A stretch of 32,631 nucleotides of DNA from Patescibacteria group bacterium (GCA_038062955.1 JBBTWE010000001.1:519640-552270); one strand, 5' to 3'; positions 16,500 to 25,584 are shown, counted from the first letter of the stretch. The notes: a model not told the origin generated them from the sequence alone. Program-made: numbers and translations.

Positions 16500-16622
16500 T
16501 AGAACTCACACCTTTGGCGCATCTCTTCGTTGCTCGCTCCGGTGCTCCCTCATCGTATTATTTATACGTCTCGGTTCACTCCTCGCTCGCGCCTTGATTT
16601 GCATCCAAATGTGTAAGTTCTA
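16500..16622. repeat. Intergenic palindromic repeat element, copy B
   Basis: Terminal inverted repeat tagaactcacacctttgg (16500-16517) / ccaaatgtgtaagttcta (16605-16622). The core cgttgctcgctccggtgctccctcatcgtattatttatacgtctcggttc matches the reverse complement of copy A (3795-3850). Confidence 0.55.
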
Positions 16623-16743
16623 ATGTCGATAAATTATAGCAAAGTTTGAATGAGACTTACAAGGAAAAGCACGGGGAATGTGGATAACGTGAGTAGGTAC
16701 TAGGAGATAGGTATTGGGCAAGGAAAAGACAACGAAAAAAACA

Positions 16744-17010
16744 TTAATTGATCTTGAGGAGAGTTTTGACTTGTCTCATAGAGTCTTCTAACCTTTCTAT
16801 ACGATTAGAAGCGAGTAAAGCTTCGAGAGTATTAAGACGAGAATCTACTTTATCAAAGCGTTTATCAACTTCATCAAACCTACGGTCAATTTTCTCAAAT
16901 TTTTCATCAACTTCATCAAAACGTTTTTCCACAGCTTCAAAACCCCACGCAACACTCTGGGCGAGGTTATCAATCTTATCGTCAATAGATTTTTTCTGTT
17001 TCTTTGGCAT
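16744..17010 (-). CDS. Small coiled-coil protein with an internal RFDEVD/KFEKID repeat
   Basis: The track ORF begins at a TTG (17034). I prefer the first ATG at 17008-17010 (MPKKQKKSIDDKIDNL...). The repeats are EKRFDEVDEKFEKIDRRFDEVDKRFDKVDSRL. The mirror ORF on the plus strand is an artefact of the repeat. Confidence 0.55.
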   Translation of the reverse strand: MPKKQKKSIDDKIDNLAQSVAWGFEAVEKRFDEVDEKFEKIDRRFDEVDKRFDKVDSRLNTLEALLASNRIERLEDSMRQVKTLLKIN

Positions 17011-17159
17011 AATATTGAATCGAGAGAGATACAAAATTCTTTTACTTTTTGAATGCAGTACTAGGCGGTAAGGAGTAAAAAAGTGAAATGTATGAATAAT
17101 ACTTTGAACTTTTTTACGACGTAACCAACGACGTAATGCGTCAAAAATAAAAGAATTTA

Positions 17160-18362
17160 CTAAAAGGCGCCGGCGATGTTATATATCGGCATCAAAACCG
17201 CCGCAAGCAAGAATCCCACACTTAATCCAAGAACCAAGATGATAACCGGCTGAATTAAATCAACCAAAGTATCTACCGACGTAACTACTTCTCTTTGATA
17301 GAATTTGGCTAACGTTCCCAATATGCTTCCCAATTCTCCAGTTTCCTCCCCCACTCTTATCATTTGGGTAACGATGCTTGGTATGTCTTCATATTTTGCA
17401 AAAGCAGCCGAGAGAGCCTTGCCTCCTTTTACTTCTTCTGCTGATTGTTCGAGAATTGCTTTAAAAACATCATTGTCCACAACGGAAGAAGTCGAGTCCA
17501 ACGCCTGAAGCATGGAAATTCCGCTCCCGATCATTGTGTTCATATTGTCAGCAATGCGAGTGAGATATAACTTTCTATATAATCCTCCGATGTATGGAAG
17601 GGATAATTTGATATTTGAAAGTGTTATAGAACCTCTTTCTGTTTTCATATATCGGAGAACAAAAAAACCTAAAATTATGAATCCGACTAGAATAAAAATC
17701 CCGTAAGTCAAGAGAAAACCGCTCATTCCTATAACAATTTTAGTGTAAACCGGTAATTCAGCGCCAGACTCCAATAAAATCGGGGTGATTTTTGGGATGA
17801 TAACAGTAAGCAATAAGACCATAACACCGATAAAAGCGGCGATAACGAAGATTGGGTAAACAAGAGCGTGTTTGGCCTTGCTTGTGAGCGCATATGTTCG
17901 ATCAAGATAATCAGCCAAAAAAACAAAAACTTGGCCTAATTTTCCGGATTCTTCTCCCACCTTGACCATGCTTATATAAAAATTGGAAAAAATGTGGGGA
18001 TGTTTGGCCAACGCTTCAGAAATAGAACTTCCCTCTTGGAGAGAATCAGCGATATCACCTAGACTCATCTTCAAAGTCATATTGTCGGTCTCTGAAGAAA
18101 GCAATCTAAAAACGCGAAGCGCGGACACTTGGGACTCAAAGAGAGTTGCCATCTGTCTAGAAACTATGACAATTTCTTTTGTCTTAACTCGGTTAAAGAA
18201 AGGGATTTTTCTGAAAAAAGTCGGCTTATCTCTAAGTTCGATACGAGATACGATAAGCCCTCTCCCTTGGAGAGATGTAGTTGCAACGTCTATATTAAGA
18301 GCGTCAATTATTCCTTCTTTTTCTCCCCCTTCTTTGGTTATGGCTTTGTATTTAAATAACAT
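17160..18362 (-). CDS. pilC: Type IV pilus platform protein (GspF/PilC family)
   Basis: 400 aa. Two T2SS-F-type repeats and three TM segments. Confidence 0.93.
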   Translation of the reverse strand: MLFKYKAITKEGGEKEGIIDALNIDVATTSLQGRGLIVSRIELRDKPTFFRKIPFFNRVKTKEIVIVSRQMATLFESQVSALRVFRLLSSETDNMTLKMSLGDIADSLQEGSSISEALAKHPHIFSNFYISMVKVGEESGKLGQVFVFLADYLDRTYALTSKAKHALVYPIFVIAAFIGVMVLLLTVIIPKITPILLESGAELPVYTKIVIGMSGFLLTYGIFILVGFIILGFFVLRYMKTERGSITLSNIKLSLPYIGGLYRKLYLTRIADNMNTMIGSGISMLQALDSTSSVVDNDVFKAILEQSAEEVKGGKALSAAFAKYEDIPSIVTQMIRVGEETGELGSILGTLAKFYQREVVTSVDTLVDLIQPVIILVLGLSVGFLLAAVLMPIYNIAGAF

Positions 18363-18376
18363 AATAAATTAGGATG

Positions 18377-18463
18377 TTAGAATAATTAGAGGTATTAGAA
18401 GAATTAGGTTAGTTTTATTTTGAATTTATTTGCTAATTCCTCTAGTGCCTCTACTTCCTCTAA
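18377..18463. repeat. Imperfect long inverted repeat built from TAGAGG-like units (pilT-pilC spacer)
   Basis: ttagaataattagaggtattagaagaattagg (18377-18408) versus the reverse complement of gctaattcctctagtgcctctacttcctctaa (18432-18463). About 24 of 32 positions are complementary. Confidence 0.4.
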
Positions 18464-18481
18464 ACGCGTTTAGCTCCTAGA

Positions 18482-19543
18482 TTAAATCAGTCTTTCGAGA
18501 GTTTTAATATTATTGGCATACCTGTACGCTGTTTCTGCGGTAATTGAACCATTTCTAACAAGCTCTACTAAAGAAGTATTTAGATCCACCATACCAAGCG
18601 AAGAACCTGTTTGGATCATTGTGTCTATTTCATGAATTCTATTCTCCCGAATGATATTTGCCACTGCCCCAGTATTTATTAAAAGTTCACATGCTGGAAT
18701 CTGTCCACCGGAAATTTTTGGAACCAACCTTTGGGAGAAAATACCAGAGAGACTGCTTGCAAGCTGAACCCTTATCTGACTTTGCTGTCCAGATGGAAAA
18801 GCGTCGACAATTCTTTCAATGGTTCTTGAGGCGCTATTAGTATGCAAAGTTGAGAAAATCAAATGTCCGGTTTCGGCGGCGGTTACGGCAGTTGAGATAG
18901 TTTCATTATCTCTCATTTCTCCAAGCATAACCACATTGGCGTCCTGTCTGAAGACATTTTTTAGACCACTGTGAAAATCGACTGTATCAGCGCGAACTTC
19001 TCTTTGATCAATAATGGACTTTTTTTCTTTGAAAATATATTCAATCGGATCTTCAATGGTAATGATATATTCGCTTCTTTTTTGATTTATAATCTCAATC
19101 ATTGAAGCCAAAGTGGTGCTTTTACCTTGTCCAGCTGGTCCCACCACAAGGAAAAATCCTTGCTTCTTTTCTGTAAAACTCTCTAAAATTGGTGGTAGAT
19201 TAAGCTCTTGTATGGTTTTAATTTTTTCTGGAATATGACGCAAAGCAATTCCAATAAGACCTTGCTGAAAATAAACATTTCCTCTAAACCTCTCTTTGTG
19301 GTTATGACTGTATGCAAAATCAGTTTGCTTGAGATCGATGAATCTTTTCTTATTCTCAACATTTAGTATCTCGTCCAAAATTCCATAAATATATTCTTTT
19401 GTCACAACAGAATTGCTAGAGATCGGCATTAAATTTCCGTTTCGACGGATGATAGGCTGTCTGCCTTCTCCCAAATGTAAATCTGAACCACCCTCATTTA
19501 GAAGGATAGTTACTAAATCAATTAACTCTTTTTTAAAATTCAT
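18482..19543 (-). CDS. pilT: Type IV pilus retraction ATPase
   Basis: 353 aa. N-terminal GGSDLHL, Walker A GPAGQGKST, and the His box TLHTNSA. The size and absence of an N-terminal GspE-N domain fit PilT rather than PilB. Confidence 0.95.
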   Translation of the reverse strand: MNFKKELIDLVTILLNEGGSDLHLGEGRQPIIRRNGNLMPISSNSVVTKEYIYGILDEILNVENKKRFIDLKQTDFAYSHNHKERFRGNVYFQQGLIGIALRHIPEKIKTIQELNLPPILESFTEKKQGFFLVVGPAGQGKSTTLASMIEIINQKRSEYIITIEDPIEYIFKEKKSIIDQREVRADTVDFHSGLKNVFRQDANVVMLGEMRDNETISTAVTAAETGHLIFSTLHTNSASRTIERIVDAFPSGQQSQIRVQLASSLSGIFSQRLVPKISGGQIPACELLINTGAVANIIRENRIHEIDTMIQTGSSLGMVDLNTSLVELVRNGSITAETAYRYANNIKTLERLI

Positions 19544-19687
19544 CCCGTAGTGAAATTTCAGGTCGTCCCGTAGTGAAAGCTTCGCTTCTACTACAGGACT
19601 ATCCTGGAATATTCTTTTGATAAAAACTAAAACTTTCTATTACTTATATTCTAACAAATTATTTGCAACCTGAAATTCTACTACGGG
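19544..19687. mobile_element. MITE-like palindromic insertion E2, abutting the pilT start codon
   Basis: Terminal inverted repeats cccgtagtgaaatttcaggt (19544-19563) and acctgaaattctactacggg (19668-19687), 19 of 20 complementary. Flanked by direct repeat attcat (19538-19543 and 19688-19693), which is ATGAAT on the coding strand. Contains a nested 35-nt palindrome at 19564-19598. Confidence 0.5.
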
Positions 19688-19712
19688 ATTCATCCATTCA
19701 GCTCTCTCCATT

Positions 19713-20111
19713 CTACCTCGGTTTATGCTCTTCGGCTATTCGAATAACTTCCGCCGCCACTTCTGATGGAATCAGAGCCGCTTTTACAATATAACCGTTC
19801 ATACCCAGTTTTTGAGCACGATCAATTTCACTCGATTCACCTTGATTGGTAAGCATAATCACAGCCGCGAGAGGTGCTAATTTTTCTTTTCGGATAGTAT
19901 TTAGAAGCTCTAAACCGTCCGGATGAGGCATTATCACATCAAGAACTATCGCATCAGGACTTAATCCTTCCCGAAGCTTGCTAAGGGCCGTCTCACTGCT
20001 AGTTAAAGAAACAATCTCGTGACCGAGATTTTTAAACTTAGTTTCATACATATTTAGCAAGAAACGGTCATCGTCCACCATCAAGATTTTATATTTTTTT
20101 GTTTCAGTCAT
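19713..20111 (-). CDS. Single-domain CheY-like response regulator
   Basis: 132 aa. Receiver-domain acidic pocket (MVDDD), phospho-acceptor context VLDVIMP, and the conserved Lys in YIVKA. No output domain. Confidence 0.9.
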   Translation of the reverse strand: MTETKKYKILMVDDDRFLLNMYETKFKNLGHEIVSLTSSETALSKLREGLSPDAIVLDVIMPHPDGLELLNTIRKEKLAPLAAVIMLTNQGESSEIDRAQKLGMNGYIVKAALIPSEVAAEVIRIAEEHKPR

Positions 20112-20133
20112 AAATTTAGTTGGATTAGAAGGT

Positions 20134-20209
20134 TAGAGGAATTAGAGGTACTAGATTATTTTAACATATCAAACTTATTTTTCTTTTCCTACCTCCTCTA
20201 ATACCTCTA
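20134..20209. repeat. Imperfect inverted repeat of TAGAGG-like units (pilB-regulator spacer)
   Basis: tagaggaattagaggtactag (20134-20154) versus the reverse complement of cctacctcctctaatacctcta (20188-20209). About 17 of 21 positions are complementary. Same unit type as 18377-18463. Confidence 0.4.
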
Positions 20210-20227
20210 TTTTACTAACTTCTCTAG

Positions 20228-21838
20228 TTATAGTCCCCCAATTTCTTCAAAAGGAACTATCCTCTTAAAGCCCTTCAAAATGGCATCTTCTTTCATCTTC
20301 AGCATTCCTTTAGCTCTTAAGATTTTTTCCAATTCCACTTCTGGAGCGCTTCTCAAGATAGCATTTTCAAGTTCTTTGTCCATTTCAAAAACTTCGGTCA
20401 CAGCAATTCTACCTCTAGTTCCACTTGGACAGTCCGGCCCAGGAGAAACTCTGTAAAATTCTTTTCCAATAGGCAATTTTTTTCTGAATTCAAGAGGTAG
20501 GTCCTCAAATTGTTTTTCTATCATGAGCTTTAGACTGCCGTCCACTGGAACCTTTGTGCCAGCTCCAGGACAAAGCATACTAACAAGTCTTTGGGCCATA
20601 GCCAAAATAACAGTCGGAGCAATAAGATATGGGTCAACTTTCATATCAATCAAACGAGGAATTACTCCGACAGCATTGTTGGTGTGGATAGTTGCAAGCA
20701 CCAAATGACCAGTTAACGCCGCTTGAACAGCGAGGCCAGCGGTTTCAGCATCTCGAATTTCTCCAACCATAATAATGTCCGGGTCTTGTCTTAACGTGGT
20801 ACGCAAACCGCTCGCAAAGGTATAACCGATATCCGGACGCACTTGTGACTGACTCACGCCCTCGATATTGTATTCTATTGGATCTTCGAGACTTAGAACG
20901 TTGTCTTTTTCTCGGTCAAATTCATTTAAAATAGAATAAAGTGTCGTGGATTTTCCCGAACCTGTCGGACCGGAAATTAAAATCATACCGTAAGGCTTCT
21001 CCATCGCTCTTCTTATAAGAGCTACGTTCTCTTCGCTCATTCCTAATTCATCCAACGCTTTGACTCCCTTCTCTTGATCGAGAATTCTCATCACCACCTT
21101 TTCACCAAAATAAGTTGGAAAAGTTGAGACACGAAAATCAATCTTTCTGCCTTCGATCTTAGCGGAAAATCTTCCGTCTTGCGGCTTTCTTTTTTCATCA
21201 AGTTTCATATTCGACAAGAGCTTGATTCTTGCCACTACCGCCTGATGAATTTTGGCTGGTAAAACTAGACTTGTATTCAAAACTCCGTCTACTCTAAATC
21301 TCACTCTGACACTCTCTCTCATTCTTTCAATATGAACGTCGGAAGCGTTGCCTTCAGTTGCATAACGAAGAATTGTCGCCACAATTTTGGTGATTGGCGC
21401 TACTTCAATAATTTTTGGTTCTTTTATTTTTTCGTCCCCTCCCTCCTCTTTAGCTCTTTCGGCATCTTCTTCATCAAGAGCAAAAGTAACGTTTGGCCCT
21501 CCTGATGAAACTTCGTCTAGTTGGGAAAGGGCTTTGGTAACTTCTTCAGAAAGACCCTTGTACATCGAGATAACCTTGTCAAAATCCTCTTCTGAAATCA
21601 GGAAGAGTTTAAATGGATACCTAGCCTTAGTCGAAATAAAATTCAAAGCATCGCGAGCTTCGATATTATCAGGATCGATAATACCAATAGCCAAAACTCC
21701 GCTTTTTATCCCTAGCGGCACAAACTTATAATGGATAGCGGATTCTTCTGGAATTATACTTAGAATCTCGCTTGGTATTTTTCTTTCCCCAATCTTTATT
21801 TTGGGTATTTGAGAGCTAGAAGCCATAATGTGTACCAT
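20228..21838 (-). CDS. pilB: Type IV pilus assembly ATPase (GspE/PilB family)
   Basis: 536 aa. N-terminal T2SS-E N domain, Walker A GPTGSGKST and His box TIHTNNA. The start may be the second ATG (MASSS...). Confidence 0.95.
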   Translation of the reverse strand: MVHIMASSSQIPKIKIGERKIPSEILSIIPEESAIHYKFVPLGIKSGVLAIGIIDPDNIEARDALNFISTKARYPFKLFLISEEDFDKVISMYKGLSEEVTKALSQLDEVSSGGPNVTFALDEEDAERAKEEGGDEKIKEPKIIEVAPITKIVATILRYATEGNASDVHIERMRESVRVRFRVDGVLNTSLVLPAKIHQAVVARIKLLSNMKLDEKRKPQDGRFSAKIEGRKIDFRVSTFPTYFGEKVVMRILDQEKGVKALDELGMSEENVALIRRAMEKPYGMILISGPTGSGKSTTLYSILNEFDREKDNVLSLEDPIEYNIEGVSQSQVRPDIGYTFASGLRTTLRQDPDIIMVGEIRDAETAGLAVQAALTGHLVLATIHTNNAVGVIPRLIDMKVDPYLIAPTVILAMAQRLVSMLCPGAGTKVPVDGSLKLMIEKQFEDLPLEFRKKLPIGKEFYRVSPGPDCPSGTRGRIAVTEVFEMDKELENAILRSAPEVELEKILRAKGMLKMKEDAILKGFKRIVPFEEIGGL

Positions 21839-21985
21839 CTATTATATCAGAGGAAAGGATATAAAAAGAGAAGATTTAAGATATTTTGTTATTTACAACA
21901 AAAAATTCGAAGCATAAATCGGCTCACTTTAATTTTCAATATCTCAAGATTGAATTTTTTGATAATTAAGTCTTGAAAATTAAAA

Positions 21986-22291
21986 TTACTGTATAAATGG
22001 GTTATCGCGACCTATGGGTTGAGGAGAAACTACCACCGATATATCTTTTAAACTATCAAAAGTACGATTATCAAAAAAATTTACATCTAACTGATTAAGA
22101 GATTTTAATCTTTGCAATTCCACCAAAAGCTCGGCGCCAAGAATCTGACTAGATGGGCTTCCTTGCAACGCTGTAATTAGTGGCTCAACTTCTGTTCCAG
22201 AACTTTTATATAACCAAAAAACAACAATCAAAACAATCAAAATGATTAATGCGATTTTGTTTTTCTTTAATTGTTCTATTAGTTTATCCAT
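21986..22291 (-). CDS. Small single-pass membrane protein of the pilus operon (function unknown)
   Basis: 101 aa. One N-terminal TM (IALIILIVLIVVFWL). Begins 1 nt after the stop of the upstream PilO-like gene. Confidence 0.55.
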   Translation of the reverse strand: MDKLIEQLKKNKIALIILIVLIVVFWLYKSSGTEVEPLITALQGSPSSQILGAELLVELQRLKSLNQLDVNFFDNRTFDSLKDISVVVSPQPIGRDNPFIQ

Positions 22292-22292
22292 A

Positions 22293-22829
22293 TTATTTTA
22301 AGGAATAAGTGTTCAAGGTCATACCATAACTCTGAAATGAAGGACGTTCTTTGTTTGGACTTAATTCAATCTTCACTATATCCATGATTCGGAGACTATC
22401 TTCGATCTCTTTAAGAAAGCCGTTCAAATTGGAATAATCTGTGTCAAACCTGAAAGCTAGAGTTAATGTTTTATATCCCTTGAGAGTTTCCGCTTTTTCA
22501 CCTTCAATATCATCCGAAGAAGCATCTATATCATGTATAACTATCGCATGTTTTAAAGCCAAACTATCAACTTCTAAAACTAATCTCACTAGACTCATAT
22601 TTATCGGAATCATTTTGTCCAATTTCGCCAAATCAGCTTCTCCAAACCTGCTGGTCTTTTCGGATAATTCGGCTCTGATCTGTTTGAGTTCAACCGATTT
22701 GTTTAAAATCTCATCATAATTAGCGCCTTCAGTCTGAAACGCGGTCATTTTTGAATATTCTGGACTAATATAGAAATAAAATAGTCCGAGAGATGCCGCT
22801 ATTAAAATTATTGGTATAGTATTTCTCAT
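22293..22829 (-). CDS. pilO: PilO-like pilus assembly protein
   Basis: 178 aa. N-terminal TM, a coiled segment and a C-terminal globular part. It occupies the position after pilN. The call rests on architecture and gene order only. Confidence 0.55.
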   Translation of the reverse strand: MRNTIPIILIAASLGLFYFYISPEYSKMTAFQTEGANYDEILNKSVELKQIRAELSEKTSRFGEADLAKLDKMIPINMSLVRLVLEVDSLALKHAIVIHDIDASSDDIEGEKAETLKGYKTLTLAFRFDTDYSNLNGFLKEIEDSLRIMDIVKIELSPNKERPSFQSYGMTLNTYSLK

Positions 22830-22858
22830 TTTTTTGATTTGACCTGTTTGATATTTTT

Positions 22859-23518
22859 CTATAAACCAGACTGTTCAGATTGAGTCGAAGATGCGCTAGA
22901 AACACTACTTGATCCCTCTTCTTCAGGTTGATCGGGCTCGAGGCTCTTCGAATAGGACACTGCATCCTCACTAATTTCTGCGCTAAGTTCAAAATTAACC
23001 CTGCCTTTTTCATTTAAATCGATGCCGGAGAAAATAGGATTTAGAATCAGATTGGATTTTTCCAGTACTTCTGACTGGAAAGCGAGAACCGCATAACTCG
23101 GAGATTCTCCTCTCCCAGCAATAGTAGCAATGGCACCAGGGTTTGCGGTAAAAACAAAATTGCTGAAATAGACACCTTTCACTGTATTTTTCTCGATCAG
23201 ATCAAAAACGGCAGACGCGGAAGTATGTCTGGATAAAAGACCCTTACCAAAATCAATCCTTTGCTTCAAAACTGTAAGCGTTTCAGTCAATTTTGGATCG
23301 AAGGCTTCAATTTCTTTTTTTATATTCAATTTCTTCTCCTCTAATTGAGGTAAAAGAACAAAACGATTAAAAACAAAGAGTCCAACAGCCATGAGTATCG
23401 CTACTACAAAAACAAGAACTCCGATCCAGTAAAAAAGAGTTGTCGGTGATTTTGCCCGAGCGACAACATCTCTAGTTTGCCTTTTAGGGATGAAAGATGG
23501 TTGAGAATTTGGTTCCAT
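22859..23518 (-). CDS. pilN: PilN-like pilus assembly protein
   Basis: 219 aa. Cytoplasmic N-tail, a single TM (LFYWIGVLVFVVAILMAVGLFVF), a periplasmic domain and a Ser-rich tail. It follows pilM. Confidence 0.6.
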   Translation of the reverse strand: MEPNSQPSFIPKRQTRDVVARAKSPTTLFYWIGVLVFVVAILMAVGLFVFNRFVLLPQLEEKKLNIKKEIEAFDPKLTETLTVLKQRIDFGKGLLSRHTSASAVFDLIEKNTVKGVYFSNFVFTANPGAIATIAGRGESPSYAVLAFQSEVLEKSNLILNPIFSGIDLNEKGRVNFELSAEISEDAVSYSKSLEPDQPEEEGSSSVSSASSTQSEQSGL

Positions 23519-23686
23519 TTTAAATTACTAGAGTTTGGAGAAATTATATTTTTTACAGATCATATTCTGCAAATAAAAAACGTCTTACTATAAGTATACA
23601 ACAGAAAAAGAACAACCAAATTAAGTTTTACACACATCGTGGAACGCAACACAAATAGCTGAACAATATCCTTAAACCTAGTCTTT

Positions 23687-24838
23687 CTATTCTTCTTCCA
23701 GACCACGGAGAGCTGCTCCAACCGCCACTGCAAATTCCGGCCCGTTATTTTTTAAGATTTCTAAGACAAAAGTTGGCGCCTCAACCTTTGAGAATGAATT
23801 TCCAGACACTGCCTCTACTTCTAGATTTACAGTAGCCGCTTCAGCAAAACCTTTCATAGACGCTCCCCCTCCAACCAAGACTACTTTATTTAAAATTTTA
23901 TTATTTTTTTCTTTGTAGCTTTTCAAAATCTTAGAAGTCTCGGAAAAAATATAATCTAAAGTAATAAAAATAGCATTATATAAATCTGGCTCCCTAGAAC
24001 TTAAACCTTTGGTTCTTTTTAAGATTTCTGCTTCTTTAAGAGAAATTCCTAACGCCCTAGAAATACTAGCTGTTATATCTTGAGATCCCCTGCTTACTGT
24101 ATGAGAATTTAAAACATTCCCCTTCTCCACAACATAAAGCTTGGTGGAAGCGGCTCCGACATCCATAATCATAGTTGGTCCTTGGTCGTGTTCTAAAACT
24201 GACCGCAAAGTGCTAAATATTTCGATCTCAAAAAAATCCGCGAGAAGAGACGCTCCTCTCACAATATTTTCAAATTTTCTGATGATATCGTTGTGGATAG
24301 CTACAATCAACACCTTTATCACTTCGGCTTTTGTGCGTTCTTTTAGAATTTCCGATCGCTTTGATTGAAGTGCGTTCAGTTTATCTTTCAAATCAACATC
24401 TTCAACTTTTTCCTCATCCTTATCTTTGGAAACGACTGACCAATCCAGACTGACTTCACTTAACGGCACTGGAACATATTTCTTTGCTTCAAGAGGAATA
24501 ATTTCTTTTAAATGAACTTCGCTGGCCGATGGCAATTCAATTACCGTCATCAAACTTGAGTTGAAAGAGATGGCCATTCCAACATTCTTTGTGGTGGTTT
24601 TGGCTTCTTTTAAGATGTCGTTTAAAGCCATTATTAACTTTCCTTCCGAAAGACTCGTTGCTTTCCCAACTTCTTCACCGGCATATGGTCCAAGAGAGAT
24701 GGCTCCGTAGGTATCCAAAACAGCCTTTCCTTTTTTCTTTGAAAGCTGAACAACTTTTATAGCAGAACTCCCGATATCGATACCGATTACTGTATTTTCT
24801 TTTTTGCTTCCACCAAATAAGTTACCAAAAAGGCCCAT
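23687..24838 (-). CDS. pilM: Type IV pilus assembly protein PilM (actin-like ATPase fold)
   Basis: 383 aa. The phosphate-1 motif GIDIGSSAIKVV and later VGAASTKLYV and VLVGGGA blocks are typical of the PilM/FtsA fold. Confidence 0.88.
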   Translation of the reverse strand: MGLFGNLFGGSKKENTVIGIDIGSSAIKVVQLSKKKGKAVLDTYGAISLGPYAGEEVGKATSLSEGKLIMALNDILKEAKTTTKNVGMAISFNSSLMTVIELPSASEVHLKEIIPLEAKKYVPVPLSEVSLDWSVVSKDKDEEKVEDVDLKDKLNALQSKRSEILKERTKAEVIKVLIVAIHNDIIRKFENIVRGASLLADFFEIEIFSTLRSVLEHDQGPTMIMDVGAASTKLYVVEKGNVLNSHTVSRGSQDITASISRALGISLKEAEILKRTKGLSSREPDLYNAIFITLDYIFSETSKILKSYKEKNNKILNKVVLVGGGASMKGFAEAATVNLEVEAVSGNSFSKVEAPTFVLEILKNNGPEFAVAVGAALRGLEEE

Positions 24839-24921
24839 GGATTGATTATGAGATTAGACTTCCTATTTATTATATACTAGAAAGCACTGAAATTAAAAGA
24901 AATTATTCCTCCTTAAGTTTT

Positions 24922-25584
24922 ATGCTTATTAAAAGTATGAGAATTATCAATAATATTAAAAAGATACTAATTGATTTCCTTTTCCCGCAGGTAAAACCGA
25001 CAGAATTATCGGTGGATAAAATTATAGAAGAGTTAAAAAAACCGACAGATTTAGATGACCCAGATATCATCGTTTTATCAGATTACAAACAAACCTTGGC
25101 TAAAAAGCTTATTTGGGAGCTTAAGTATAAAAACAATGAACATTCCGCAAAGATTTTGGCGGAAATTATGTACACCGAAATTATCGGGTATTTGAATGAT
25201 TGGATTATGTTTGAGGATTTTAAGGACCCGGTTCTTATCCCCGTTCCCCTATCCAAAGAAAAGCTGGAAAAGCGAGGCTATAACCAGACAGAAACACTAG
25301 TGGAGCAAATAATTCTACTTGATCAGGGAAAAAATTTAGGTTTCGAATTTGATGCGATTCACAAAGTAAAAGACACTCCTGAACAAAGCTCCCTTAAAAC
25401 CAAAGTGCAGAGACTCAAAAACTTAAAAAATTGTTTTAAAGTTGTAAACCCAGAAAAAATTAAAAATAAAAATATTATTATCGTTGATGACGTAATTACA
25501 ACCGGCGCAACAATAAAAGAAGTTAAAAAAATTCTAAAGAAAGCCGGTGCTAGAAAAATAAAGGCAATCTGTGTGGCACACTAA
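24922..25584 (+). CDS. comF: ComF-family phosphoribosyltransferase-domain protein
   Basis: 220 aa. C-terminal PRTase motif IIIVDDVITTGATI. Divergent from pilM. Appears to lack the N-terminal Cys4 finger. Confidence 0.78.
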   Translation: MLIKSMRIINNIKKILIDFLFPQVKPTELSVDKIIEELKKPTDLDDPDIIVLSDYKQTLAKKLIWELKYKNNEHSAKILAEIMYTEIIGYLNDWIMFEDFKDPVLIPVPLSKEKLEKRGYNQTETLVEQIILLDQGKNLGFEFDAIHKVKDTPEQSSLKTKVQRLKNLKNCFKVVNPEKIKNKNIIIVDDVITTGATIKEVKKILKKAGARKIKAICVAH

